Shown here piece by piece: positions 1 to 12,813 of a DNA stretch of 64,000 nt (positions are counted from its first letter, which is position 1; the number at the start of each line of letters is the position of its first letter). A program made the position numbers and the translations under genes. The notes beneath the pieces are model-generated. The model was not told the origin of the DNA. It worked only from the letters and a program-made list of their open reading frames with translations, and ran no database searches. Source of the DNA: Octopus sinensis (Eukaryota). The stretch spans positions 77,562,001-77,626,000 of the forward strand of contig NC_043006.1 of NCBI RefSeq assembly GCF_006345805.1, in the 5' to 3' direction.

Positions 1-61
1 TAAATACGTCTATGTGTTATGCCAATATATATTTGATCACATGAATATAGTGTGTGTGTAC

Positions 62-92
<31 letters not shown>

Positions 93-97
93 CTTCT

Positions 98-347
98 TCC
101 TTACCAAGAATTCACAACAACCTCGAGCCCACAAGAGTTAACGAGAGAGACAGAGACAGGCAGAAACAAGGAAAATGCCACTTATATTTGAACACTATAC
201 AAATATTCTTTTTAAAAAACGGTTCTTTCAATTTTTCTAAATTTAATTATTTAATTGTTACAGTTGAAAAGGTCTCAATGACTGAAACCGGTACTGAAAT
301 GTTCTTTATAAAATTATTTTAGCATTTTCTATCCCGACTTGTTTTTT
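98..347 (+). mobile_element. PLE-type 3' terminal repeat (family A) carrying a hammerhead, ending in (TA)n
   Basis: Contains the hammerhead at 257-300. Homologous to 60410-60610 (shared CACAAGAG..GAGAGAGAC, TTTGAACACT..AAATATT, GACTGAAACCG..AAATGTTC). Tail runs into a TA array. Confidence 0.6.
257..300 (+). ncRNA. Minimal type-I hammerhead ribozyme, U3-A8 core variant
   Basis: GTTACAG-TTGAAAA-GGTC-TCAAT-GACT-GAAA-CCGG-TA-CTGAAAT. Helix I has one A.A mismatch, helix II GGTC/GACT, helix III palindrome ACCGGT. Predicted cleavage after 293 (GUA). Confidence 0.75.
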
Positions 348-362
348 CTATATAGATATATA

Positions 363-439
<77 letters not shown>

Positions 440-442
440 ATA

Positions 443-880
443 TGTAAACCTGAATTATGCCCTTTAGATGGTTCCTGACTAGTTACTAACGTTATATAAA
501 AATGTGTAGTCAAGGACGAGGATAAGTTAAATAAATTTTATATAGGTAGCACAGTAGATTTTAAGGCTAGATATAGATCACATATGAGCTCATTTTCTAA
601 CTATAAATACTGTAATTCAACAACACTTGCATCCCATATACACAACTTGAAGAAAAATAATAAGAATTATTATCTAGAATGGTCTATTATCTCTAAAACC
701 CAAAATTCCAAGGGAAATATTAACAAGTGCAACCTGTGCATAAGGGAATCCCTTACCATCCTTAGGTGTTATGGACCGCACACTCTGAATAAATTTACTG
801 ACGTAATTCCCTTTTGCATCCATAAATTTTCTTCTACATTCTTAAAAGTGTATAGAAATAAAATAAGTCGTAGAAAATAA
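443..880 (+). pseudogene. Penelope-like GIY-YIG endonuclease C-terminal fragment
   Basis: One frame from 443 reads CKPELCPLDGS*LVTNVI*KCVVKDEDKLNKFYIGSTVDFKARYRSHMSSF...W.IISK...CNLCIRE. This has the VIY..YIGST and R...H motifs, with two in-frame stops. Followed by a 3' UTR with a hammerhead and a tail into (TA)n at about 1310. Confidence 0.85.
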
Positions 881-1110
881 ATAATTTAGTTCTTACAGGG
901 TTTGAAACCACGGAAGTTCAAATTAATTTAATTTAATTTAATTTAATACACCCATATTTTTTTTTTCTACTGCTTTATAAAAAGATTTTCTACTGCTTTA
1001 ATTCTTTCTTTTGGGCTCGTCTGAGCATGACTGCTTCAATAAGAAAGCACACGATATGATATTAATATTGTGTTAAGCCTGGTACGCGATGATGTCTGTC
1101 TATCTATTCT

Positions 1111-1192
1111 TTCCCCTGACGAAGGAGTTATTAGCGTGATGCACCCTAGTGCTTTAAACACAATAATATACCCCTGAAATGGCCATAGGGAA
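1111..1192 (+). ncRNA. Type-I hammerhead ribozyme, canonical core, extended helix II
   Basis: TTCCC-CTGACGA-AGG..(about 47 nt)..CCT-GAAA-TGGCCA-TA-GGGAA. Perfect 5-bp helix I, helix III palindrome ATGGCCAT. Predicted cleavage after 1187. Confidence 0.85.
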
Positions 1193-1307
1193 TTTAGTAA
1201 ATATGGTTTTCTTTTTTTAACTGTAAGGCCTCTCTTATTTAAAAAGTAATTTTATAAGATTTTCTAAACGATGAACTTTTATTTTATATTATTATTTTTA
1301 TATGCTT

Positions 1308-1345
<38 letters not shown>

Positions 1346-1842
1346 ATATATATTTTTATATACATATATATTTTATATATTACTTTATACTATATTTTTA
1401 CGCATTTACGTTCTAGATGTTGTAATGCTTTTTAAAAATATATATGATTCTTAATCGCTAAAGTATTAACTTTTAACCGTGATGAACGGTATTCACACAT
1501 TTTTTCTCGCACTTTATTATATGCTTGTACAGATGAATTATATTCCATCTTCCGTGATGTCTAAATGTATATTCTATGATTAAATGTTCGAGTTATGAAA
1601 TGTTATGTGGATGACCTTGCATTTGTTTGTTCTATAACCTTAGTTTGATATATATGTATGTATGTATGTATATATAAAACAATTATGTTCACTATGATAC
1701 ACTGTTTATGTCTGTTTATGTATTTCTCAGCATATTGAAATATTGTGCCCTTTAATTAAATGATATCTATACCACACCAGATGGGGTATTTTTCTGTTTA
1801 TCTCTCTGTTACAGAACAGTAAATATATATATATTATATATA

Positions 1843-1902
<60 letters not shown>

Positions 1903-2019
1903 TTATATATTTTTATATACCTATATTATTACTACCTTATATATTACTTTATAGGGTACCGCACGCGTGGAATTATATACGACAGAAGGTTTGAAAATGC
2001 AATTTTAAAAGATGTTTAT

Positions 2020-2064
2020 TTACTTTACCGGTTTCACTCTTTGGAAAAATATTGTCAAAAGTAA
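2020..2064 (-). ncRNA. Minimal hammerhead-like motif, U3-A8 core, imperfect helix II
   Basis: Minus strand TTACTT-TTGACAA-TATTTTTCCAAAGAGT-GAAA-CCGG-TA-AAGTAA. Helix I is a perfect 6 bp; the base of helix II is mismatched. Confidence 0.55.
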
Positions 2065-2342
2065 CATGTAGAAGTTGCGTTAATTATTGGTTGTTACAAA
2101 TTGCTACGAGGACATGTTAAGGACATAAAAATGTTTAACAAGTTCCTTAAAATCGTGGGAACAAAAGATTACTACATAAATAATCAGAATGATTATTTAT
2201 GTAGTAATCTTTTGTGCCCAATATTTTAAGGAACTTGTTAAACTTTTTTAAGTCCTTAACATGTCCTTGTTACCAAAGAATGTATATATGTAATGTAGCA
2301 ATTTGTAACAACCTATAACTAACACAACCAAACTTCTACATG

Positions 2343-2387
2343 TTACTTTTGACAATCTTTTTCCAAAGAGTGAAACCGGTAACGTAA
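2343..2387 (+). ncRNA. Minimal hammerhead-like motif, U3-A8 core
   Basis: TTACTT-TTGACAA-TCTTT-TTCC-AAAGA-GT-GAAA-CCGG-TA-ACGTAA. One helix I mismatch. Confidence 0.55.
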
Positions 2388-2426
2388 ATAAACATTTTTT
2401 AAAATTGCATTTTCAAACCTTCTTGG

Positions 2427-2501
<75 letters not shown>

Positions 2502-2875
2502 ATAATATATATGAACAAAATCTCAGTACGTATGAGAAAAGAATACAGATTTATTTCACCATATGACGTCCATTGCATTACGATCTTTGAGCAACTTTCA
2601 GCGTGTAGTATAAATTTCAGTATAAAAGAAATGATGCGTATATGCCTGCATTAGGTCATAATCCAATGGCAGTCAAGAGATAAATTAAATCTGTACCCGC
2701 TTGTCATAGACCCTAAACTTTTTTAATATAATTTTTATATACTTCATATATTTATCGCTCGGATTTTCCGGATTTTCAGGTACGTTGCATTGCTAGAAAT
2801 AAGTGTCAAGGCACCAAAATTTAGTATAGCATTAAATTAAAACAGATGGATATAATTTTATTAAATTCTGTCTTT

Positions 2876-2964
2876 ATGCAGCTGAGGATTGTTGTGCATT
2901 TAAATTGATGTAATGTTGTGCATCGTTCAATTAAAGGGAGTTACTTGAAACGATCGTACTGCAT
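2876..2964 (+). ncRNA. Type-I hammerhead ribozyme, canonical core, long helix II (family D)
   Basis: ATGCAG-CTGAGGA-(58 nt with internal GATGTA/TGCATC and AATTGA/TCAATT pairings)-GAAA-CGATCG-TA-CTGCAT. Perfect 6-bp helix I, palindrome ACGATCGT. Homolog at 18229-18322. Confidence 0.7.
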
Positions 2965-2992
2965 TACCTCTGGATATCGTGTTTCTTATTTT

Positions 2993-3040
<48 letters not shown>

Positions 3041-3082
<42 letters not shown>

Positions 3083-3083
3083 T

Positions 3084-3170
<87 letters not shown>
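3041..3170. repeat. Compound (TA)n-(GA)n-(TAGA)n microsatellite
   Basis: Directly visible; the TA portion starts earlier at about 2995. Confidence 0.95.
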
Positions 3171-3818
3171 TGGAGAAAGGAAGTATATTCCCCAAGCTGG
3201 AAAGAATATAAGAGAGTTGGTTTTGACGTAAAATTGCAAATCGACTGGTGTAAGGAATACATAACTTGAGAATCAAAGGTACAGTTCTTACGTTTGATAT
3301 ACCATATTTCAAATTGTATATTTCGGGGTATTTCCTATGCAAGGTAATTTTAAAAGGCACAGGTTTGAATTCTGCCGTTCTTAAATTTAGATATTAGGTA
3401 TTAGTTATGTCACATATTATTCCAAACACTTGATCTTCTTTTCTAAATTTCTGCACCGTTATATTTCAAGTATTTTCAATCGGCAGCTTTAATTATGATT
3501 TTTGTTACGTTTGTTTGCGAATATCTTTACGGCGCTATTATATAGAGAAACAACGTATATTGACTATTCGATTAATTTTATTAATCACGAAAATTAATAC
3601 TCATACGAAAATATTAATAAATCATTGATAAAAAAGTAAAGTCAATTTTATATGTTTTATATGGATTTTTCGATCTTTCCATAAAGATAGCATTGATTGT
3701 AATGAACTATAATTTTTACTGCAGACGCTAATTAGCATATATAGCTTCATATCTAATAAAATTGTAGCTTAAACGTATATCATATATGCACATTATATCA
3801 TACAATAATGCGTATATA

Positions 3819-5060
3819 CAGGGGTTGGACAAAAGAATGAAAACACCTTAAAATTTCAAATAAATATATTTTAATATGGGGTAGGAACGCCTTTGACAGT
3901 AATCAGTTTGAATTCTACAAGGTATGGACTCGTACAGAGTTTGAATTGTTTCCAAAGCGACTTTTTTTTCCATTCTTCATCTAAAACAGTCTCCAGGTCT
4001 TGTAGTGATGATGGAGGAGGATATTGACTCCTTACTTGCTTTCCTAAAATGCATCATAAATGTTCAATAATATTGAGATCTGGGGATTTTGGTGGCCAGA
4101 TAAGTTGTTTCACTTCACTAGAATGTTCTTCGTGCCATTTAGTAACAACATTAGCTGTATGAATTGGTGTATTATCATCCTGAAACATTGCGTTTCCCTC
4201 CAGAAACAGTTCCGGAAACATAGAATGAATTTGATCAGTTAAAATGCTTAAATATTCTTGACTATTAATTCTGCCATGAAGGGAAACCATTAGGCCGGTG
4301 GAGTTTCAGGATATAGTCACAGATCCTCTTCCAAGTTTAACAATTGAAAGAAGACAGTCTGGGTCAAATGCTTCTGTTGGCTGTCTCCAAACGTATACTC
4401 AACCGCTGGTCGGAAATATGGTAAGGGATGATTTGTCCGAGAAAATAACATTCTTCCACTGCTCCCGGGACTAATTATGTAGGTCTTTACTCCACTCTAA
4501 GCGCTTCGTAAGTTTTTTTTTTTCTGAAAGTAGTGGTTTTCTAATTGCAGCCCTCTCATGAAATCCGGCTTTGTGCAGTTCCCGGCGAACAGCTTTTGTG
4601 GAAACTGGGTTCCCCAGGTGGTCATTAAGCTCTGCAGTAACTTAGAAGCTGTAATTTTGTGATCCTTTCTAACAATTCGTGGAAGAGTCCGACTGTCCCT
4701 ATCTGGAATGTTTCGACGAGGAAGTTTTTTGCTCCTTCTCAAAGGCTGTCATTACTTTCAAGACAGCACTTCTTGACACACTAAACATTTTGGCTGTTTT
4801 CGTTGCGCTAGTGCCTGCCATACGCTCACCTACAATTTAACCTCTTTGAAAGTCCGATAGATCTCTCATTTTAATGAATTTTAATTACCTTTTCCTGGTG
4901 ATATCTGAAAACAAATACCAATTTTAGAAAAACATATTGAGCAACACTAATAATAAATAAAAAAAAACAGAAGAATAAACACGCTTTTGACGATTTTATA
5001 GATATCTCAAAATTATGATGCTATGACGCTAGGTGTTTCCATTATTTTGTCCAACCCCTG
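3819..5060 (-). mobile_element. Tc1-family DNA transposon, complete with TIRs, inactivated transposase
   Basis: TIR CAGGGGTTGGACAAAA(G/T)AATG(A/G)AAACACC at both ends, flanked by TA. Minus-strand ATG at 4869 (MRDLSDFQRG..). Catalytic motifs FQDDNTPIH and WPPKSPDLNIIE; stops and frameshifts present. Confidence 0.95.
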
Positions 5061-6108
5061 TATATATAATCATAAGATATAAACTAAAAATGAAGTAAGA
5101 TAAATTAACCAAACAGCATGAATGAAACTTTGACTCCCATCTAGCAAATGTGCATGTAGACAATCGCATATATTTGCATACATAATCAAATAGAAATGTA
5201 TCTGTATCAGCACTAAGGTTTTTGACGAGTCAATTAGCAATTATTATTGTAATTATGCTCTATGTTATTCAGAGATTTGAGTTCCAGTTAGCTGAATAAT
5301 TAACATGATTTCTCCACCATTGAACTACTAATTACTACACAGATACTAACATTATCCTTATATCTACCTTAATGAGGTTTCCTTGCATCGTACTTGCCAG
5401 CAAAAAAAAACAGATGGCGAACCACAGAGAAGGAACGATATAAGCAATTGAAATGTGTTTCGTCTGAATTTATTTTAACAGCTCTAAACGTCTACCATTA
5501 CATTTTTAGCAGCTAGGTTCTGCAGAAACCTTTCACAATAATACCCAGTTGCACTCGTAATGTGGGTGTGATAAGGAAAGTAAAATCACTGTATAATTGT
5601 TCCCTGGTTTCTACAAATATAACACACCGTAGTAAATTTACAAAAATGGCCCCCAAGAACGAAAGCGTGTAATGTAAAACATGAGAGGGAACATTCAGCA
5701 GGGAGAAGAACTAATTCACATTAAAGCTTTAAATATAATTTAGTACTGCTCTTAATCAGGCAACTATCGAGAATCTGTTATCTTATATCTAATTATTTAT
5801 ATATAGAAGTTTTTAAGATACTAATTATACAGTGGTACATATATATGATTAGCTCGTGTATGGACTATCGTATACACCTGTGTATTGTTCAACGTGTGCT
5901 AATTACTAATTACCACTGCTCTGCAGGCTAATATTCCGCTGCATGTAAACTCGCAAGAAATAAACTCCAGACAGTTAATATAGCAAACGTAGAAATATAT
6001 TTATATGTTAACAGCATTTGCCGATATGTTTGTGTGGCAACATGTTAGCTCCTCAATCATATTATTCTGGGTTCTGTCCTAGAGCGTCGCACCTCGGGCA
6101 AGTATATA

Positions 6109-6160
<52 letters not shown>

Positions 6161-6162
<2 letters not shown>

Positions 6163-6499
6163 AAAATAGTAAAGTGTGAAAAAACGACAGAAGGCTTAAA
6201 TGTTAAAAAATATATATATTTGTGTCAAAATGTCTGGAGAATATTGGAAAAATTTTTTTCCTTTCCTTAAAATGACATAATTTTAAAATTTTTAAAGAGA
6301 TTACCGGTTTCGCGTGTAGCTTTTCAAATTTCTTGAAAAGCTACACGCGAAACCGGTAATTTCTTTAAAAATTTTAAAATTATGTCATTTTAAGGAAAGG
6401 AAAAAAATTTTTCCAATATTCTCCAGACATTTTGACACAAATATATATATTTTTTAACATTTAAGCCTTCTGTCGTTTTTTCACACTTTACTATTTTCT
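6161..6499. repeat. Near-perfect palindrome of a PLE 3' terminal repeat
   Basis: Arms of about 167 bp, with only one mismatch seen by eye and a 5-nt loop at 6328-6332. Homologous to 27264-27424. Bounded by (TA)n on the left. Confidence 0.95.
6295..6334 (-). ncRNA. Minimal hammerhead, U3-A8 core
   Basis: Minus strand AAGAAAT-TTGAAAA-GC-TACAC-GC-GAAA-CCGG-TA-ATCTCTT. The plus-strand mirror copy at 6333-6365 lacks the 5' strand of helix I. Confidence 0.7.
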
Positions 6500-6561
6500 T
6501 ATATATTCACCCACGTGCTTTACCAAACAAACTTTCTTATCTATATATATATATATATAAT

Positions 6562-6653
<92 letters not shown>

Positions 6654-6660
6654 GTATATG

Positions 6661-6693
<33 letters not shown>

Positions 6694-6904
6694 GTATATA
6701 TATGGGGGGGGGGGACTGCGCGTGATTTTGAAATTATTTTTGCCCCAAACCACCGCTTGCCAGCCAGCGTTGGCTTAATTACCTATCAGCTCTACAAACA
6801 TTTTGTTAAAGGGGCCGGTGAAATAAGTACATGGAATGAAAACACAACACACAAACACACACACACACACACACACACACAACACACACACACACACACT
6901 CAAC

Positions 6905-7000
6905 TGTAAATACTAGGGATAGATTTCTTCGACTGAACCTTTGAAGGTGCTGCCTCAGCATGGCTTCATTCTAATGACTGTAATACTTAAATGATTAAAT
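6905..7000 (+). mobile_element. SINE 3' tail fragment
   Basis: GAAGGTGCTGCCTCAGCATGGC..AATGACTG matches the tail of the full-length SINE at 45725-46144. Confidence 0.6.
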
Positions 7001-7369
7001 AAATAGTTTTGCCTGTCGATTGAACTCCAATGATTAAACAGCGCATTTCGGAAATAATAATATTCAACAATGATATTTTCAGTAAATATTTTGTCCATAA
7101 TTATCGAAATGACTTTTTCTTTTCAATTTTCTTGCAACTTTTTAATTTTATATTAATAGAACTTTTCTAAACAATTAACTAAATATTGAATTAGCGTATA
7201 CTTTATTTTTATATCATACAAAGTACGAGAAAGATTTGTCTATATTTCCACCGTATATCGTAAATGGCCAATGGACAGAATTTCACTCTCTAGAAAAGTG
7301 CTATACATGCCGAAATTAAGTAGATAAAAGCCTCATTTTACACACATGTAGTCACATACATTTATATCT

Positions 7370-7438
<69 letters not shown>

Positions 7439-9196
7439 CGTATACGTTTATATACGTATGTGAGTAGTTATGTTTACCGTGTGTGGTGCATGTGAGTGTA
7501 TGTGTGTGTAAGTAAGTAAATAAAGGACAAATAATATAATCTGTATAATTTATTTCAAGTTTATGTCATATCCAATGATGCACCCTGAATGATCTGTACC
7601 CACTTGCTGTAAATAACAACTGAATCTGTTTCAGATAGCATCCTATAGTTTTAGTTCGATTACAATAGGTAATACAATATTGAGGACATCACTAGCTAAA
7701 GGATGGACCTCGACAATTGATAATATGTCATTTTGACAAGTCATGTTCTAGCAATAAACAAATACTACATCAACAACAGTGGCATACGTTTAACCGCACA
7801 GAATAACATATTTGTCAGTGTAGAATATCATACATATACATCTACATATTATCGCAAACACAATTGAAGAAATACAATTATAGCCAGACAGACGCCTAAA
7901 CATAACAAAAGATATCATATATCATATAAATTTAAAAACATAATTTTCTATATTTATTTTAAAACTCAGACTAATAACACGGCTACACAAAAATCTAACA
8001 TAATGGCCAGCTGAATATTAATATGTGCCAAGAGGACAGAGATTCATTAATGCTATCTATGATGAACTGAAGTTTTTTCTTCCTTCTTTTCAATAAATAT
8101 TTATACGTTCAAAACATATATGCTAATGAGTAAAAAATTTTCTATAACTGTTCAGCGAATTTCGTTTTCCTCTTTTCTTAGCTTGTTTTGCTTCATTAAT
8201 CATACTGCTCCTGTACCTATCTTCTATTGTATTGCATAATTCAATATTTTCTATCTAGGATTATATTATATAAACAATTTTTACCAGCGTCCTTTTTGTA
8301 CTGATTAGCATCTGAAGAGTATTGGGTACTGGCAGTATTTGAGTATCTCACTTGTTAAAATTAGCATCGATTCGTGAGTGGGCAACACAATGAAAGAGAG
8401 CATAAAATATATTTTGTAATACCATGGTTGTTGGGTTTTTAATCTCTAAGCCCTATTAAATGTATTCCAACACGGAACATAACGTGTTACACACCGACCG
8501 CCACAATCAAGTAAACACACACATACACACATAAGTATGTATATATTATTTATTATATACTAATTGTTATATATGATTCAAGACCCCTGGTTTGCACCTA
8601 TCAAATAAGAAAAATATATATGCACATTCACACCAATATATAATTGCACATAAACATATATATATACATACAAACGTACATATAATTAGACGTTTTCCTT
8701 ATTAAAATTATTTCCACCCCAAAATATTCCAAATCATGAAGACTAGCGATGGAATGATTTGAAGTTTCAAATGAATTCATAGTGGTGTTTTTGTCATTTG
8801 AACGGTTTCGAGCGATTAAGATATATTATCTTTTTCTAAATTTTTGATTGCGCATCCATGCCCGTATTTATGAGTTTTCTTATTATTATGATAAGAATAA
8901 TAAGTATACTATAACATTCTTAACAAAATTAAATTACTTTGCTTTTAGAATAAATCACGTTACTCGTCTTCGATGAATATGTATGAAAAGAAGAAAAATA
9001 GGCACTGTCATGCCTTTGGGTGTCAGAAGTGAAAGTAGAGAAATCTGACGTCAGACGTCAACTTCGTGTATTTACGTCGTCTTTCGTTTATTTACGCCGT
9101 TTATTTACGTACCACTGAAATGCAAGTAAAAGCTTGTATGTATGTATGTATGTATGTATATATATATACATACATACACACATATATATAATATAC

Positions 9197-9230
<34 letters not shown>

Positions 9231-9633
9231 TTAATACATACATATATATAATATATACATGTATTTTTACCGCCTTTAGTCGCACAAATCGACCCCAGAA
9301 CTTATTCTATCGGTCTTTTTTCTTAACCACTATACATTATATACATACATACAGATAGATAGATAGATACACACACACACATAAATAGATATAAAATGTG
9401 TACGTGTGTACATTTTCAGAAAAAAATTCATACATTTTAAATATCAATAGCATTTCTCTTATTTTTTACATGAAGTTTTCGAAAAATGAATTTAGAATGT
9501 AAAAATCAAATATATCAAATTAATAAACGCAAATTATTTTCAAATATCATTTTCAACGGTGAGATTATCAAAATATAAACTTGAAGTTAAGTTAAAAATA
9601 AATGCGATACTCATTCTGTCTTGATACTTATGC

Positions 9634-10537
9634 TCAAATACATGGATATAGCTGTCGAATTTGTTCTATCAACTTCCCGAATATATCATCCTTAAATTCA
9701 TAGCGCCACATGAATTCGATGAGATGGGTCTGAAGTAAATTTCTGGCTGTTCCACATTCTCTCCTATTTCGAGTCTTACGTGTTTCCATAAACATTCTAT
9801 GTGGTTGGTTGTGGCAAATGTTACCGGATCAACAAAATTTATAGAATGATTCACGGTCAAATGTCTGTATCCTAGCTGACTGAGTGTATTATACGAACGC
9901 CAAAGGTCGGATATTATTGTTGTACCAGGCAATATACGCTCGCGTATAATATGTAATAGAGTGTCCGCTGTTCGATTTTCAACTGCCACTAAAATACATC
10001 TTCTACTATCTCTTTCTAATGCACCAAACACCCATTGCGTTTTAACCCGATGGCCAACATGATATTTTCTCTTAACAAACGCAGTTTCATCTATTTCAAC
10101 GATTCTATTGGGTCCTCCCAGTTTAATATTCTGTGCAACATAATATTCTGCACATACATCGCGGCAAAAATTCCTCCAATCGGTTACCGCTACATTTGCT
10201 AAATGACATTCCTGTCTATTCCTTTTGCTAAATCTTCTTTGGCCCAGTAAAACAAAATATCTATGATCTGTTGACACTTCAATTTGCTATTTTCTAAAAA
10301 TGTTCCTTTTCTAATTGACACGGATTTTCTACAAGGTCTTCCACACGACCATATTATTTCATCAGATATATTTTTTTTCGTTACTTCTCTCATGGGAGCT
10401 CCACACGATGTACATATTTTCTGGGTATTCAAAAGGCCATGTCTCTTAAGCCAATTAATGCTATCTGCTGTTGTAGCAGTGGAGACGGCAATATCGCGGT
10501 GACTAATTCCTCTTAAACTTGGATATGCAAAAGCCAT
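9634..10537 (-). pseudogene. Merlin (IS1016/ISXO2-like) DDE transposase with two frameshifts
   Basis: N-terminal C..C..M...W.C...C zinc motif and SIRKGTF; VEIDET, QWVFG, TIISDLWRSY, TVNHS..FVDP, TNHIECLW; shifted C-terminus LIEFMWR..QIRQLYPCI*. Frameshifts near 10220 and 9775. TIRs not found. Confidence 0.9.
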
Positions 10538-10826
10538 ATTAAAATTGTTTAGCACGTGTTGATATCACACTGAAGTTTCTAACTGAATAAATTTCAAAGT
10601 TTGAATTACGCACGTGGTGGTCAGTGGTCATTCTGATTGGTGTATGTAATCGCGGTGATGGTCATGGGGGTTCATTTGTGCAGATTTTGGTGTGATTTCT
10701 TTTTTAAAAACAATAATGAATAATGCAAGAATATATTTATTCTTGCATTATAACTTCAACATTACAAATAAAGAACCGAGTCCTTCCCCAATGGAGAAAA
10801 CTACATCGAAACAGAAAATTATATAC

Positions 10827-10881
<55 letters not shown>

Positions 10882-10920
10882 AGTATAAATATATATATAT
10901 ATATGTATGTGTATATATAT

Positions 10921-10958
<38 letters not shown>

Positions 10959-11040
10959 ATAAATATTAGGGAATAAATCCAAAATTACAGGGAAAAATCA
11001 GATTTAGGATTGAATCTAATTTTATAGTAAAATATTATAT

Positions 11041-11403
<363 letters not shown>

Positions 11404-11497
11404 ATATATATTTGGAACTTACGAAATCAAAAGACGGAAACAAATGTGTAAACAACAAACAGGTGTATTTGTTTAACGCTCGGGAAGGTGAGAATGT

Positions 11498-11533
11498 ATT
11501 TTACGTTTCAAGCCTACGCTCTTCAATAGAAAG
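11498..11533 (-). ncRNA. Degenerate hammerhead-like motif
   Basis: Minus strand CTTT-CTATTGA-A-GAGC-GTAG-GCTT-GAAA-CG-TA-AAAT. Topology intact, core positions 5-6 altered. Confidence 0.4.
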
Positions 11534-11644
11534 GAACACGAGAAAATAAACAAAGAAAATTAAATAAAGAAGAAACAAAAGAATAAAAAAAGAAAATATA
11601 AAAAGAAAATGCATTTATATGTAAATATATATTTATTCTATTAC

Positions 11645-11815
11645 TGTTCTTTTACTTGTTTCAGTAATTCGACTGCGGCCATGATGGAATACCAGCTTTA
11701 GTTGAACAAATCAATCCAACACCTTATTCTTTGTAAGCCTAGTATTAATTCTATCGCTCTCTTAAGCTGAACCGCTAGGTTAAGGGGACGTAAATACACC
11801 AACATCGGTTATCAA
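11645..11815 (-). mobile_element. SINE body/tail fragment
   Basis: Reverse complement of the body and tail of the 45725-46144 family (TTACTTGTTTCAGT..CTGCGGCCATG; CTTATTCTTTGTAAGCC; ACCAACATCGGTT). Confidence 0.8.
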
Positions 11816-11854
11816 GGAGAAGCATAGGCACAAAAATAAATACATGAAGACAGG

Positions 11855-12110
11855 GCCGTATGCTGTGTTCTTCAGCAAGTCACTTTATTTCATGTTGCTC
11901 CAGTTTACTTAGCTGTAGAAAAGTGTTGCAACTTCACTGGTACCAAGCTGTAACAGCCTTTGTCTTGGATAACATCAGTGGTGTGGAGAGGGGAGGCTGG
12001 TGTGTATAGGCGACTGCTGTTCTTCCTTAAACAACCTTAACCGGACTTTTGCCTCTGAGGGGAACGAACATTCTAGGTGCAACTACATTGTTCATTCATG
12101 GCTGGTGGGG
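11855..12110 (+). mobile_element. Possible CORE-like SINE fragment
   Basis: CAGCAAGTCACTTTATTTC..CTCCAGTTTACTTAGCTGTAGAAA resembles the CORE/MIR domain (from memory). Confidence 0.4.
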
Positions 12111-12112
12111 TT

Positions 12113-12159
<47 letters not shown>

Positions 12160-12161
<2 letters not shown>

Positions 12162-12315
12162 ACACGACGGGCTTCTTTCAGTTTCCGTCTGCCAAATTCA
12201 CTCACAAGGATTTGGTCGGCACGTAGCTATAGCAGAAGACACTTGCCCAAGGTGCCACGGAGTGGTACTGAAACCATGTAGTTGCAAAACAAGCTTACTT
12301 CCTACACAGCCACGA
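12160..12315 (-). mobile_element. SINE tRNA-derived head
   Basis: CGACGGGCTTCTTTCAGTTTCCGTCT..CTTGCCCAAGGTGCCAC is the reverse complement of the 45725 SINE head. Confidence 0.85.
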
Positions 12316-12675
12316 GAAGACATACACAAACATATACAGACACACACACATCAACACCCAAATGAAAACTTTAAAAAATGTGCCTACGTACATTTCTGTG
12401 CCCTATATATTGTCTTGAAGCATATGCATTTGTCTAAATATAGTCGAATACGCATTTCTTGAATGATAAAAATTCGCCTTGTAATTGAAACGAAAATTGC
12501 AGTAATCGTATAGACGTTTCTGGAAATTTAAGTATGAATTACTATATATAGCTTAAAATTAAATAATTATATTCAGTTGTCAGAACATTTCAGAATCTTT
12601 CGCAGCCTAATTGCTTGCTAACAGAAAATGTATTGTTATATCTGTGCGTATGTTCATGTCAGCGGTCACGTGTGC

Positions 12676-12709
<34 letters not shown>

Positions 12710-12725
12710 TACACTGAGATCTCCC

Positions 12726-12813
<88 letters not shown>

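Larger units (their letters stand above)
1984..2423. repeat. Fold-back (head-to-head) PLE terminal repeat with two hammerheads
   Basis: Arms AGAAGGTTTGAAAATGCAATTTT... and ...AAAATTGCATTTTCAAACCTTCT are imperfect reverse complements about an apex near 2188 (GATTACTACATAAATAATC/GATTATTTATGTAGTAATC). TA arrays lie nearby on both sides. Confidence 0.9.

Noticed and set aside
476-478. In-frame TGA at a conserved Cys position of the GIY-YIG fragment (selenocysteine idea, as described for some PLEs)
   Set aside because: A TAA also interrupts the VIY motif seven codons later. The only SECIS-like candidate (ATGA near 1026) has a helix of only about 6-7 bp. Ordinary decay is simpler.
9280-10700. Possible Merlin TIR (GCACAAAT..CCCC near 9282 versus the reverse complement near 10670)
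   Set aside because: The match is short and the left site overlaps a SINE fragment; no TSD seen.
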